Shown one piece after another: positions 28,289 to 37,705 of a stretch of 47,899 bases of DNA. The DNA is from Armatimonadota bacterium (GTDB lineage: Bacteria; Armatimonadota; Zipacnadia; Zipacnadales; UBA5352): positions 1 through 47,899 of the forward strand of contig JBNJEK010000003.1 in the NCBI GenBank assembly GCA_051745855.1, read 5' to 3'. Below the pieces are notes generated by a model. It saw only the letters and a list, made by a program, of their open reading frames with translations. It ran no database searches and was not told where the DNA came from. A program made the position numbers and the translations under genes. The first letter of the stretch is position 1. Each line of letters starts with the position of its first letter.

Positions 28289-30226
28289 TCATGCCCCCTG
28301 CTGCTCGCGGCGCTTGCGAATGAGGTTCAGTCGGCCGCCCGCGAGGAGCGTCTCCCGCTCGCGGTCGGACAGGTCGCAGGTCAGTACGATCGTCTCCCCC
28401 GTCTGAGCCACTGTGGCGGTCACCGGCCGTCGGGCTGCGACGGCCTCCCGGACGCCCTCGAACTGCAGCACCGCGCCCTCATCGAGTGCCTCGTAGTCCT
28501 CCTCGCTGATCTCCAGCGGCAGAATGCCGAAGTTCACGAGGTTCGCCTTGTGAATACGCGCGAAGGACTCCGCGATCACCGCCTGGATGCCCAGATGCAT
28601 CGGGGCCAGGGCGGCATGCTCGCGCGATGAGCCCTGCCCGTAGTTCTCTCCGCCGAGCACAATCCCCGACTGGTTGGCCTCAGCGCGCCGGGGGAAGTCC
28701 GGATCGATCCCTGCGAACACGAATTGACTGATCGCCGGAATGTTGCTGCGCAGCGGCAGAACCTTCGCTCCGGCGGGCATGATGTCATCGGTGGTGATGT
28801 TGTCCTCGACCTTCAGCAGGACCGTCGCCTCGAAGCTGTCGGGAAGCTCGCCGCTCAGGGGGATCGGCTTGATGTTCGGGCCGCGGACGACCTCGATCTC
28901 ACTCGCGTCCTCCGGTGGCGGGATGATCATGCTGTCATCCACCTCGAAGACCTCGGGCACGCGCACCTCCGGCAGTTCGATCAGCCTCGACGGGTCGGTG
29001 AACTCACCGTAGATCGCGACCGCGGCGGCGATCTCGGGACTCGTCAGGTAGATCCCCGCGTCGGCGGTGCCCGATCGCCCGAGGAAGTTGCGGTTGAAGG
29101 TCCGGACGCTGACGCCGCCACTGGGCGGTGACTGGCCCATCCCGATGCAGGGCCCGCAGGCTGGCTCAAGCACGCGAGCACCGGCGGCCAGCAGATCGGC
29201 GAGGGCGCCGTTGCGCGCGATCATCTCCTCCACCTGGCGCGAGCCGGGGGACACCACGAGGCTGGTGTGCTCGTGGACCACGCGGTCCTTGAGGATCGCG
29301 GCGACCGTCATGAGGTCCTTGAGCGAAGAGTTTGTGCAACTGCCGATGCACACCTGGTCAACTTCAAGCCCCTCGAGTTCAGTGACCGGCACCACCTCGT
29401 CGGGCATGTGCGGCTGCGCGACCATCGGCTCGATCGTGGAAAGATCGACCTCGATGACCTCTGCGTACTGCGCGTCCTCGTCGGCAAGCTGCTCAGACCA
29501 GTCATCCTCGCGTTCCTGCGCGAGCAAAAACTGCCGCGTCGCCTCATCAGATGGGAAGATCGACGAGGTCGCGCCGAGTTCGGCGCCCATGTTCGTGATC
29601 GTTGCGCGCTCGGGCACCGTCAGCGTCGCGACGCCCGGGCCGAAGTACTCGAAGACCCTGCCCACGCCGCCCTTGACGGTGAGTCGGCGGAGCAACTCGA
29701 GGATGACGTCCTTGGCGGAGGCCCACCCGGTCAGCGCGCCATCAAGGCGCACACCGACGACCTCGGGCATGTTCAGATGGAAGGGCTCGCCGGCCATCGC
29801 GGCCGCGACGTCGAGTCCTCCCGCGCCGATCGCGAGCATCCCGATGCCGCCGCCGGTGGGTGTATGCGAATCCGAGCCCAGCAGCGTCTTTCCCGGCACG
29901 CCGAAGCGCTCCAGGTGAACCTGGTGGCAGATGCCGTTGCCCGGCCGGGAGAAATACACGCCGTGCTTCGCGGCGACCGACTGCAGGTAGCGGTGATCGT
30001 CGGCATTCTCAAAGCCGGTCTGCAGCGTGTTGTGATCCACGTAGCTCACCGACAGTTCGGTCTGCACGCGATCGATGTCGAGTGCCTCGAACTGCAGGTA
30101 GGCCATCGTGCCGGTCGCGTCCTGGGTGAGGGTCTGATCGACGCGAAGCGCGATCGCCTCGCCGGGATCCATCTCTCTGCAGACAAGGTGCGCGGAGATG
30201 ATCTTCTCAGTCAATGTGCCTGCCAT
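28289..30226 (-). CDS. acn: Aconitate hydratase (short ~645 aa Aquifex/Firmicutes type)
   Basis: TQDATGTMA, YVDHN, GICHQVHLE, GSDSHT, IGSCTNSS, CGPCIGMG, TFNRNF, ITTDDI, NYGQGSSREHA. Confidence 0.95.
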   Translation of the reverse strand: MAGTLTEKIISAHLVCREMDPGEAIALRVDQTLTQDATGTMAYLQFEALDIDRVQTELSVSYVDHNTLQTGFENADDHRYLQSVAAKHGVYFSRPGNGICHQVHLERFGVPGKTLLGSDSHTPTGGGIGMLAIGAGGLDVAAAMAGEPFHLNMPEVVGVRLDGALTGWASAKDVILELLRRLTVKGGVGRVFEYFGPGVATLTVPERATITNMGAELGATSSIFPSDEATRQFLLAQEREDDWSEQLADEDAQYAEVIEVDLSTIEPMVAQPHMPDEVVPVTELEGLEVDQVCIGSCTNSSLKDLMTVAAILKDRVVHEHTSLVVSPGSRQVEEMIARNGALADLLAAGARVLEPACGPCIGMGQSPPSGGVSVRTFNRNFLGRSGTADAGIYLTSPEIAAAVAIYGEFTDPSRLIELPEVRVPEVFEVDDSMIIPPPEDASEIEVVRGPNIKPIPLSGELPDSFEATVLLKVEDNITTDDIMPAGAKVLPLRSNIPAISQFVFAGIDPDFPRRAEANQSGIVLGGENYGQGSSREHAALAPMHLGIQAVIAESFARIHKANLVNFGILPLEISEEDYEALDEGAVLQFEGVREAVAARRPVTATVAQTGETIVLTCDLSDRERETLLAGGRLNLIRKRREQQGA

Positions 30227-30258
30227 GTGCGAACTCCTTTGCTCGTGTCAATGCTCGC

Positions 30259-31731
30259 TCAGCCGGGCAGCAGCCAGCGATCGAACCAGTCGAACGCCTT
30301 CGCGCCGTGATACTTGTGTCCGGTCTCAAAGACGTCAAGGTCGAGACGATCGCGAACTCCCGCCGCCTCGTAGATCCGCTCGATCTGCGCGTAAGCCTCC
30401 ATCGCGAAGATCTCCGGCGAGGTGCCATCGACCGTGCCAAGCTCCAGCAGCAGCGGCCTCGGCGCGATCAGCCCGAAGACCTCCGGGGTGTCTCCGTAGG
30501 TCAGCAGTCCCGGCACAAACTGCGCCGCGCAGCTTGAGTCGATGGTCAGACGCTCGCGGAAAACATTCAGCGCCCCGCTTGCGACGGCACATGAAATGCG
30601 CCCGTCGAGTGCCGCGAGGTACATCGTCAGGCGGCCGCCGTAGGACATGCCTGTCGCGCCGATGCGGTCGACTGAGACTGCGGGTTGCGCCAGCAGAATG
30701 TCGAGGCACGATCGCAGATCGCGTATCTGCCCGGCGATCAGGTTGACGCCGAACTGCTGCAGGCGCAGCGCGGCGCAGTCACACGCGTCGCGCCGGAATC
30801 GCTCGTCATCCCGCCGCGCGCCGAAGTTGCGCATGTCGGGGTTGATGACCGTGTATCCGCGCTCTGCAAGCCGCGCGCCGTAAGCGTAATTGTGCCGGTC
30901 GAGGCGCTCCTGCGACTGCTCGTCACCGGCGATCCCGACCGTCTCTCCGTGCACGTAGCCGTGGCCGTGGATGCTCACGATGCCCGCGCCGTTGGGCTCA
31001 TCCGGGATGAGCAGCCACGCCGGGACGTCCATCTCAGGCTCGGTGGACAGCACGATGCGATCGCGTCGGTAGCCCTCAAGCTGCTCTGAGGAGACGACTT
31101 CGGGCTGCGGATCGAGCATCGGATCGGTGGGGCCCATCAGTTCGGCGAGCCTGGCGCCGAAGCGGTCCCGCCAGTCGCGCCACTCGTCGGGCGAATCATG
31201 TGTCAGCCGCATTCGCGGCGGGCGGTTGCACAGTGCGTTCCACTGGTGCCACAGCGACAGATCGCGGCTCTCAGGCAGCGGGGCGCGCAGATCCTCGGTG
31301 TTCGTGTGCCAGTGAGGCCGGACCTCAGTGACGCAGTCAAGACGCGAGCGGTCGGGGACGATGAGTCTTGCCACGAAGCGCGGGTTCACCTCGGCGAGTG
31401 TGACTTCAAGTGCCAGGTGATTGTCACCGGCGCGCAGCGACACCGGATGCGTGGTGCCAAAGGGCTCGATCCGGGGAGCGCCATCGGCGACCATCTCATC
31501 GTTGAGCGTGGCGCGCACGCCGCGGAGTGCGCTGATCTCGAGCAGCGCCTCACAGTCCTTTGAGGCAACGACGGTGCAGCGCAACGTCACCACGCCGTCC
31601 GCCGCATCAGTGTCGCGCAGGTCAACCGCGTAGTCGTAGTTGGCCTCAACGACGCCGGCGTCTGTCTGCCAGGCCAGGATAAGCCCGTGGAGGCCCGCGA
31701 TCGTCTGAAGCTTCACTCGCTCATCGGTCAT
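30259..31731 (-). CDS. Alpha/beta hydrolase (dienelactone hydrolase / acetyl esterase-like) with an N-terminal beta-sandwich domain
   Basis: VPAWLLIP, HGHG, nucleophile elbow GMSYGG, LIAPRPLL, TGH; SD AGGAG before ATG 31731. Confidence 0.8.
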   Translation of the reverse strand: MTDERVKLQTIAGLHGLILAWQTDAGVVEANYDYAVDLRDTDAADGVVTLRCTVVASKDCEALLEISALRGVRATLNDEMVADGAPRIEPFGTTHPVSLRAGDNHLALEVTLAEVNPRFVARLIVPDRSRLDCVTEVRPHWHTNTEDLRAPLPESRDLSLWHQWNALCNRPPRMRLTHDSPDEWRDWRDRFGARLAELMGPTDPMLDPQPEVVSSEQLEGYRRDRIVLSTEPEMDVPAWLLIPDEPNGAGIVSIHGHGYVHGETVGIAGDEQSQERLDRHNYAYGARLAERGYTVINPDMRNFGARRDDERFRRDACDCAALRLQQFGVNLIAGQIRDLRSCLDILLAQPAVSVDRIGATGMSYGGRLTMYLAALDGRISCAVASGALNVFRERLTIDSSCAAQFVPGLLTYGDTPEVFGLIAPRPLLLELGTVDGTSPEIFAMEAYAQIERIYEAAGVRDRLDLDVFETGHKYHGAKAFDWFDRWLLPG

Positions 31732-31854
31732 ACCCGGCTCCTGTCGCGGCTCACTTTCGGCCACTGCCGGTCGAGGTGCAGGTGACGCGGTGCCCACCGG
31801 CGAATATCACGCTGCAATCTGTCCCGATCCAGACCCGGGAGGCATTCGCGAGTC

Positions 31855-32121
31855 ATGGCAGAAGTTACAAAGCTGATCACCGGCTGCGCCGGTGTCCTCA
31901 TCGGCCTGGTCGCAGGCTTTGGTCTCCTGACACTGCTGATGCAGCAGGTTGGAGGCGCGCTCACTGACACGCCTGCGCTGATCGTGATAACGATAGCGGT
32001 CATCGTGGGAGGGACCGGCGTCGGATTCGGGTACCTGGCGCTCTGGATCACCGGCGCGGTCTATGAGAAGCGGGAAAAGGCAAAGCGGGAAGCACGCAAA
32101 AAGCGCTCCTTCAAGAAATGA
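31855..32121 (+). CDS. Small hypothetical membrane protein (2 TM helices, basic C-tail)
   Basis: Two hydrophobic stretches and a KREARKKRSFKK tail; GGAGG upstream. Confidence 0.7.
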   Translation: MAEVTKLITGCAGVLIGLVAGFGLLTLLMQQVGGALTDTPALIVITIAVIVGGTGVGFGYLALWITGAVYEKREKAKREARKKRSFKK

Positions 32122-32139
32122 GCCCCCACCTTCATCGCC

Positions 32140-32514
32140 TCAGCGGTCTCCTGCCTGGTCGGGATCCACCTCTTCTCCGCCCCAGATCCGCATCCCGTCG
32201 CCACCGCCTTCCTCCATGTAATAACGTCGCACCGCGCCGTCGCTCTCCCGCACGTCGAGGACACCCTGCCCCTCCTCGGCGTCCCACTGCACCTGCTCGG
32301 TGCGCGCGCCCGATTCCGAGGCGCCGCCGCCCACGCGCTCCACGCGCACGGGGCCGAAAGGATCGGGGGGCCTTGCAAGGTGGACCGCGACCATCCCGGC
32401 GATGATCACGAGGGCTGCCGCGACCACGTAGACAAACGCCCGCCGGTATCCCGCCCCCATCAGGAGGCGATGACGGAAAGGCCTTCGAGGTGGTGGGGGA
32501 CCCACGGCGGTCAC
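32140..32514 (-). CDS. Hypothetical single-pass membrane protein
   Basis: TM segment AFVYVVAAALVIIAGMVAV; lies directly downstream of rng on the same strand. Confidence 0.6.
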   Translation of the reverse strand: MTAVGPPPPRRPFRHRLLMGAGYRRAFVYVVAAALVIIAGMVAVHLARPPDPFGPVRVERVGGGASESGARTEQVQWDAEEGQGVLDVRESDGAVRRYYMEEGGGDGMRIWGGEEVDPDQAGDR

Positions 32515-32527
32515 CGCCCTGTCCGAC

Positions 32528-34213
32528 CTAGCTCTCCACAGGTGTTGCCCGAGCGTAGGAGTTGCCGACCTTTGTCAGGCGCACCATGATCGGCTCCTCG
32601 ACATCCGGCGACACCTCCGGTGCGTATACTATCAGACCGTCAACACAGCCGACAAGACCCATCTCCGGTGCGCGGAGAAGGTCCTCCGGCTGCACTTCAA
32701 GCTTGTGACCGGCGCGGCGGCGTCGGACGCGGCGCAACTCACGCCGGCTCTCGTGCGGCAGTATCTCGTAATGCTCGGGGTTCATCGACGAGTCCGCCCG
32801 GACGTAAAGCTCGCAGTCAAGCTCCTCTTCAAGCTCATCCGCGTACTCCCCGAAGGGCCCGATGAACTCCATCGTCACCTGCGGGACGGCGAGCACGTGG
32901 AAGATATGAGCGTCGTCCTCGAGGGCCTGGCGCCGTATCTCGCGCTCCATCGCGGCCGCGACCGTCTCCGCGGAAAGGATCTTCCCGTGGCCGCTGCAAC
33001 ACGGGCACGTGGTCTGCAGGATTTGCGAAAGGCTCTCCCCGGTGCGCTTGCGCGTCATCTCGACAAGCCCGAGGCGCGTGATGTGCATGATGCGCGTCTT
33101 CATGCGGTCACGCTCGAAGGCCTTTCGCAGTGCCGCGGTGACCTGCTTGCGATGCTGGCGCTTGTCCATGTCGATGAAGTCCACGACGATGATGCCGCCG
33201 ATGTCGCGCAGCTTGAGCTGCGCGGCCACCTCGGTGCAGGCCTCGAGATTCGTGCGCAGGACGGTGTCCTCGAGGCTCCGGCCGGTGAACTTGCCGCTGT
33301 TGACGTCGATGGTGGTCAGCGCCTCGGTCTGCTCGATGTTGAGCCAGCCGCCGTGCGGCAACCAGACCTTCGGCTGGATCGCATTCTCGATCTGCTGCTC
33401 GACCTCGTAGTGTGTGAAGATCGGCTTGTCGCCGCGGTAGAGCTTCACCCGGTCGCGTAGATTCGGCGCGATGTTGTGCAGAAGGTTGAGCACCTTGTCG
33501 TAGGTGATCTTGTCGTCGATGACAAATTCATCCACCTCGGCCGAGAAGACGTCTCGCAGCACCTCGAGTGTGAGGCTCAGGTCCTCGTGGATAAGCTCGG
33601 GCGCCTTCGCCTGCTGGGCGCGGCCCTGGATTGTCTGCCACAGTTTCGTGAGGAAGCGGACGTCAGCCTCAAGGTCCTCCTTCGTCGCGCCCTGGGCGCG
33701 GGTCCGCACGATGATGCCGAAGTCCTCAGGGCAGACTTCGTGTCCGAGGCCGCGGAGGCGCTGGCGCTCGCCCTCGTCCTCGATCTTCTTGGAGACCCCG
33801 ACCTTCTCCGAGGTGTCGGTCATCAGGACGAGGTAGCGGCCGGGCAGCGAGATCCGCCGAGTCCCGCGGGCGCCCTTGTCGCCGAGCGGGCCCTTGACGA
33901 TCTGCATGAGGAACTCCTGGCCCTCCCTCACCACCTTGCCGATGGGCGGAAATGCGCTCATCTTGCGGCGCATCTTGTGCCGCGACGGCTCCTCCTCGAC
34001 GGCGTCGGAGACGTGGAGGAAGACGTTCTTTTCGAGTCCGCACTCGCAGAACGCGGCGTCGAGGCCTCGTACCACATTCTCAACTTTGCAGCGGTAGATG
34101 TTTCCGGTGATCCGCTTGCCGCGTTCGACAAGCAACTCGATCAGTCGGCCGTCCTCCATGATCGCTACTCGCGTCTGTCGTTTGGCTATGTTTGCATAGA
34201 TTTTCTGTGACAT
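32528..34213 (-). CDS. rng: Rne/Rng family ribonuclease (RNase G-like) with a C-terminal TRAM-like extension
   Basis: GNIYRCKV, SLPGRYLVL, TEALTTIDVNSGKF, LRDIGGIIVVDFIDM, GLVEMTRKR, CPCCSGHG. Confidence 0.92.
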   Translation of the reverse strand: MSQKIYANIAKRQTRVAIMEDGRLIELLVERGKRITGNIYRCKVENVVRGLDAAFCECGLEKNVFLHVSDAVEEEPSRHKMRRKMSAFPPIGKVVREGQEFLMQIVKGPLGDKGARGTRRISLPGRYLVLMTDTSEKVGVSKKIEDEGERQRLRGLGHEVCPEDFGIIVRTRAQGATKEDLEADVRFLTKLWQTIQGRAQQAKAPELIHEDLSLTLEVLRDVFSAEVDEFVIDDKITYDKVLNLLHNIAPNLRDRVKLYRGDKPIFTHYEVEQQIENAIQPKVWLPHGGWLNIEQTEALTTIDVNSGKFTGRSLEDTVLRTNLEACTEVAAQLKLRDIGGIIVVDFIDMDKRQHRKQVTAALRKAFERDRMKTRIMHITRLGLVEMTRKRTGESLSQILQTTCPCCSGHGKILSAETVAAAMEREIRRQALEDDAHIFHVLAVPQVTMEFIGPFGEYADELEEELDCELYVRADSSMNPEHYEILPHESRRELRRVRRRRAGHKLEVQPEDLLRAPEMGLVGCVDGLIVYAPEVSPDVEEPIMVRLTKVGNSYARATPVES

Positions 34214-34406
34214 AGACTACCTCTCTCTGACCGGTCGCCACCTGCGTACATGCGCGACGAGGCGCTGCCCCGATCCTATGAGGCCCCTCGCCGGCGTATG
34301 CGGGTCCTGGCGCCGGTGCGTCAAAAGTGATGCGTCCACCCGGCAGGACGCCCGACATTCGGGTCGTCCGTCGCCGGTGCGACCGCGGCGTACGTCGCCG
34401 CGGAGT

Positions 34407-35117
34407 TTACTGCAGGTCGAGACGGGTCACGACTCGTACGCAGAGCCTGACGTCCTGACCTGTGAGACCAGCAAGCCGGCGCTCGAGGCATTCAACCACC
34501 TCGGCGGGTTTCACAAGCTGCTCCTGCTGCAGCGCCAGCTTCATACGAAGCCGCGGTCCGGCGCAATGTTCAGCGTCACCCGGTCGCGGTTCGAGTACGT
34601 GCAATTCATAGATACCCGGTCTGATGTCGATTGTGCGTGTTCGTGTCTTCGTTTCGCGTACCACTGTGAGATTTCCTGCATCCAGCAGTTCATCGACCGC
34701 CCGCTCGAGTGTCGCGAACTCGATTCCTTCGAGCGGTGCAAGCTCAAGTTCGTACTCTGCGACGGTGCTGCCGGATATGTGCTTGCGCTTCTCTCCCGAG
34801 ACCACCTCGACCTGCACCGGCTGCAGATGCTCGGGAAGTTGCGCGACAAGCACGTGATGGACCTCATCCGCAGCGACGGGGCGTTCAAGCTCAATCTGAC
34901 AGAGTTCGCGCTCACCCGCCGTGCCCGTCGGCAGCGCATGAGCGTAGCCGATCTGCGCGGACGGGTTGAACCCCTGCGAGTATTTCACCGGAAGGCCGGA
35001 CCGCCGGACGGCCCGGTCGATCGCGCGGTTGAGATCGAGATGTGACAGAAATCGCAGGGGCCCGGTCTTGCGGAAACGCAGGATCGCGAAGTGCCGGATC
35101 GGGGGGCGATTGCTCAT
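34407..35117 (-). CDS. Radical SAM-associated protein (DUF2344 / TIGR03936-like)
   Basis: LRFRKTGPLRFLSHLD, RRSGLPVKYSQGFNP, ALPTG, IDIRP; start overlaps the upstream radical SAM stop. Confidence 0.9.
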   Translation of the reverse strand: MSNRPPIRHFAILRFRKTGPLRFLSHLDLNRAIDRAVRRSGLPVKYSQGFNPSAQIGYAHALPTGTAGERELCQIELERPVAADEVHHVLVAQLPEHLQPVQVEVVSGEKRKHISGSTVAEYELELAPLEGIEFATLERAVDELLDAGNLTVVRETKTRTRTIDIRPGIYELHVLEPRPGDAEHCAGPRLRMKLALQQEQLVKPAEVVECLERRLAGLTGQDVRLCVRVVTRLDLQ

Positions 35118-37000
35118 GTCCTATTCCCCTCGGCCTCGGCCCATCGGACGGGCGGACAGTCCGCGACCAGCGCGGTCATCCCGCAGCCCTGGCAGCCTGC
35201 TCCGCGGCAGTCCGGCGTCGGATCGCCAGAGATCGCGCGGTCGAGTTCGTCCTCGAGAAACTCGCGGGAGACGCCCGCGTCGATGACATCCCACGGAAGC
35301 TCGGCGTCGCGCGGAAGCGTCATCCGCGCCCGATGCTCGATGTCCAGGCCGTGGCTGGCGAACGCCTCCCGCCACAGATCGGGCTTGAAGTGCTCCGTCC
35401 AGCCATCGAAGATGGCGCCTGCGCGCCACGCGGTCTCGATCACGTCGCTCAGCGCGCGGTCGCCGCGGGCGAGCGCGGCTTCAAGCTCCGCCGACTCGAC
35501 CTCTGTGACGGACAGGTAGACCCTGCGGTTCGTCAGGCGCTCGAAGAGCAGTTCGCGGCGTCGGCGAAGCGTCTCCGGGTCCGCCATCCCCGTCCACTGG
35601 AAGGGCGTGTGCGGTTTCGGGATGAGGGCGTTGACGCTCACATTGATCTTCAGCCGACCGAAGCCGCTCTTCGAAAGTTCCTCGCGGCCCAGCGCCAGCA
35701 CCGCATCGACGAGGTCGGCGATGGCGAGGATGTCCTCATCGCGCTCGCGGGGCAGCCCCATCAAAAAGTAAAGCTTCACACGCTGCCAGCCCGCCCGGAA
35801 TGCGGCCCGGACGGCGGCGAGCAGATCGGCCTCGGCGACGTCCTTATTGATAATGTCGCGCATGCGCTGCGAGCCGGCCTCGGGTGCGAGGGTCAGGCCG
35901 CTCTTGCGGATGCGCTGCAGGCGATCGGCGAGGCCCACGCTGAATGTGTCCACGCGCAGCGACGGCATGCCCACCGAGACCCGCCGGTCGCTGAGGCGCT
36001 CGTGAAGCTCGTCGATGAGTTCAGAGATCTGCGTGTAGTCCGGGCAGTTCAGCGACAGAAGCGAAAGCTCATCGTAGCCGGTGGCATCGATGATCTGCTC
36101 GGCCTGCTCCACGAGTGTGTCGAGGTCTCGTTCGCGGACCGGGCGGTAGATCATCCCCGCCTGGCAGAAGCGGCAGCCGCGCGTGCAGCCGCGGGCGATC
36201 TCGATCTCGGCGCGGTCATGCACGGCCTCCGTCCAGGGCATCACCGGGCGCGTCGGCCACGGCTGAGCGTCGAGGTCCTCGACAACGCTTCGCGTGACGC
36301 GCTCGGAGGCCGCCGGGTCGGCGGGCTCGGCGATCAGCAGGCCCTCCGCGCTCTCGTGCGTGTCGTAAAGCGACGGCACATACACTCCGTCGATCGCCGC
36401 ACATTCGCGTAGAAGCTGCCCGCGCGCCTCGTTTGAGCGCGTCTTCCGGTCGGTGAGATCGCCGGGCAGATCGATCAGCAGATCGAGGAGAGCATCGAGC
36501 GCCTCCTCACCGTCGCCGATGACGATCAGATCGAAGAAGTCCGCGACGGGTTCGGCGTTGAAAGCACACGGGCCGCCTCCGACGACCACTGGATCGGCCC
36601 CGGAGCGGTCGGCGGCGCGAACAGGGATGCCGGCGAGATCGAGCACCTCGAGCACATTCGTGTATGTAAGCTCATGCTGGAGCGTGATGCCGAGCAGGTC
36701 GAACTCAGACAGCGGACTGGCGGATTCGTGGGTCGCCAGCGGCACTCCCTCGTCGCGCATGAGCGCCGCCGCATCGGGCCACGGCAGGAAGACGCGTTCG
36801 GCGGCAGCGTCGCTCCGGCGGTTGACCGTCTCGTAGAGCACACGCAGGCCGGCGTGGGACATGCCCACCTCGTAGGTGTCGGGGTAGCACAGTGCCATGC
36901 GGACGGCGATCTCGGACGGAGCCTTGACCACCTGGTTGCGCTCGCCGCCGATGTAGCGGGCGGGCGTCTCGATCAGGTTGAGTATGTCGTCTGGCAACAT
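35114..37000 (-). CDS. B12-binding radical SAM protein (TIGR03960-like)
   Basis: PARYIGGERN, YPDTYEVGMSH, EIARGCTRGCRFCQAG (CxxxCxxC), LTLAPEAGSQR, PKPHTPFQW, C-terminal DCR..CQGCG. Confidence 0.93.
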   Translation of the reverse strand: MLPDDILNLIETPARYIGGERNQVVKAPSEIAVRMALCYPDTYEVGMSHAGLRVLYETVNRRSDAAAERVFLPWPDAAALMRDEGVPLATHESASPLSEFDLLGITLQHELTYTNVLEVLDLAGIPVRAADRSGADPVVVGGGPCAFNAEPVADFFDLIVIGDGEEALDALLDLLIDLPGDLTDRKTRSNEARGQLLRECAAIDGVYVPSLYDTHESAEGLLIAEPADPAASERVTRSVVEDLDAQPWPTRPVMPWTEAVHDRAEIEIARGCTRGCRFCQAGMIYRPVRERDLDTLVEQAEQIIDATGYDELSLLSLNCPDYTQISELIDELHERLSDRRVSVGMPSLRVDTFSVGLADRLQRIRKSGLTLAPEAGSQRMRDIINKDVAEADLLAAVRAAFRAGWQRVKLYFLMGLPRERDEDILAIADLVDAVLALGREELSKSGFGRLKINVSVNALIPKPHTPFQWTGMADPETLRRRRELLFERLTNRRVYLSVTEVESAELEAALARGDRALSDVIETAWRAGAIFDGWTEHFKPDLWREAFASHGLDIEHRARMTLPRDAELPWDVIDAGVSREFLEDELDRAISGDPTPDCRGAGCQGCGMTALVADCPPVRWAEAEGNRT

Positions 37001-37012
37001 GGAAAAATCACA

Positions 37013-37039
37013 GTGGCTCCAGCCGGTTGCTGGAGCCAC
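37013..37039 (-). promoter_or_regulatory. Perfect 11-bp hairpin in the 5' leader of the radical SAM gene
   Basis: GTGGCTCCAGC-N5-GCTGGAGCCAC, followed on the minus strand by TGTGATTTTTCC-ATG. Confidence 0.55.
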
Positions 37040-37075
37040 GAAGATGCGTGACAGCAGGTTGGCTTTCGTAATGAG

Positions 37076-37105
37076 ATGATAGGCGTCAGGGGCCCTCCCT
37101 GTCAA
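37076..37105 (-). promoter_or_regulatory. Sigma70 promoter of the radical SAM / DUF2344 / rng operon
   Basis: Minus strand TTGACA-N18-TATCAT. Confidence 0.7.
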
Positions 37106-37407
37106 GGTCCGGTGCGGTGGGGGCGGCGCGTGAAGTGACATCTGCGTCGTCGTTGGAGAGGCCGGGCCCCGGCCCGGCCTGTGCCGTCCGCCGTTGTCGT
37201 CCGAACCGCCGTTCGCCGGGCCTCGCCCCCCTCGGGCAACGGGGACGCAACAATAACGGCTGGCGGGCACACCGGCAGCATTTCCACATTGCAGGCGCCA
37301 CAACACGCGCCGGAGAATGTCTCAGTAAGAGCGGGCGGGGCAGGGGAGACCGTCCGCGCCGCGGGGGATGCGGCCAAAAGCGGTTCCCGCACATGGGAGG
37401 TACGCAA

Positions 37408-37671
37408 ATGTATACGCGAAGATCACTGGCAATCGTCGTGGCAATATTGATCCTTGTCGGTCTCGTGGCCGCCCTGCAGCTGTCGGCGGCACAGGACATC
37501 GATGCGGATAGCTCTGACCGCGTAGCGGTGTCGGCGGTGGCCGCCGAATCGGTGACGGAATACGAACCGGACCCATTCGAGCCGGAGCGGCTGCGCTCAA
37601 GCACCGTCCGCGTCAAGCGGGTCGCGGTCGTGTACTCGGACGGCAGCGTTGAAGTGAAGCGCTGCGAGTAG
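37408..37671 (+). CDS. Small exported hypothetical protein
   Basis: SD GGGAGG; signal MYTRRSLAIVVAILILVGLVAALQLSAA-Q. Confidence 0.7.
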   Translation: MYTRRSLAIVVAILILVGLVAALQLSAAQDIDADSSDRVAVSAVAAESVTEYEPDPFEPERLRSSTVRVKRVAVVYSDGSVEVKRCE

Positions 37672-37705
37672 AATCTCACGCGAATGCTCAACGAGGAGGC
37701 GGAGC

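Noticed and set aside
24691-36412. Long antisense or alternate-frame ORFs (e.g. 24691-26058, 29267-30310, 35042-36412)
   Set aside because: These are shadow ORFs of well-supported genes, expected in high-GC DNA.
37225-37280. c-di-GMP-I riboswitch suggested by GGGCAAC..GGGACGCAA
   Set aside because: It lacks the GNRA-capped P2 stem and the P3 tetraloop-receptor arrangement; the match is too partial.
37001-37306. N-terminal 102 aa of the 730-aa radical SAM ORF
   Set aside because: It is not family-like and spans the promoter and hairpin; the real start is at 37000.
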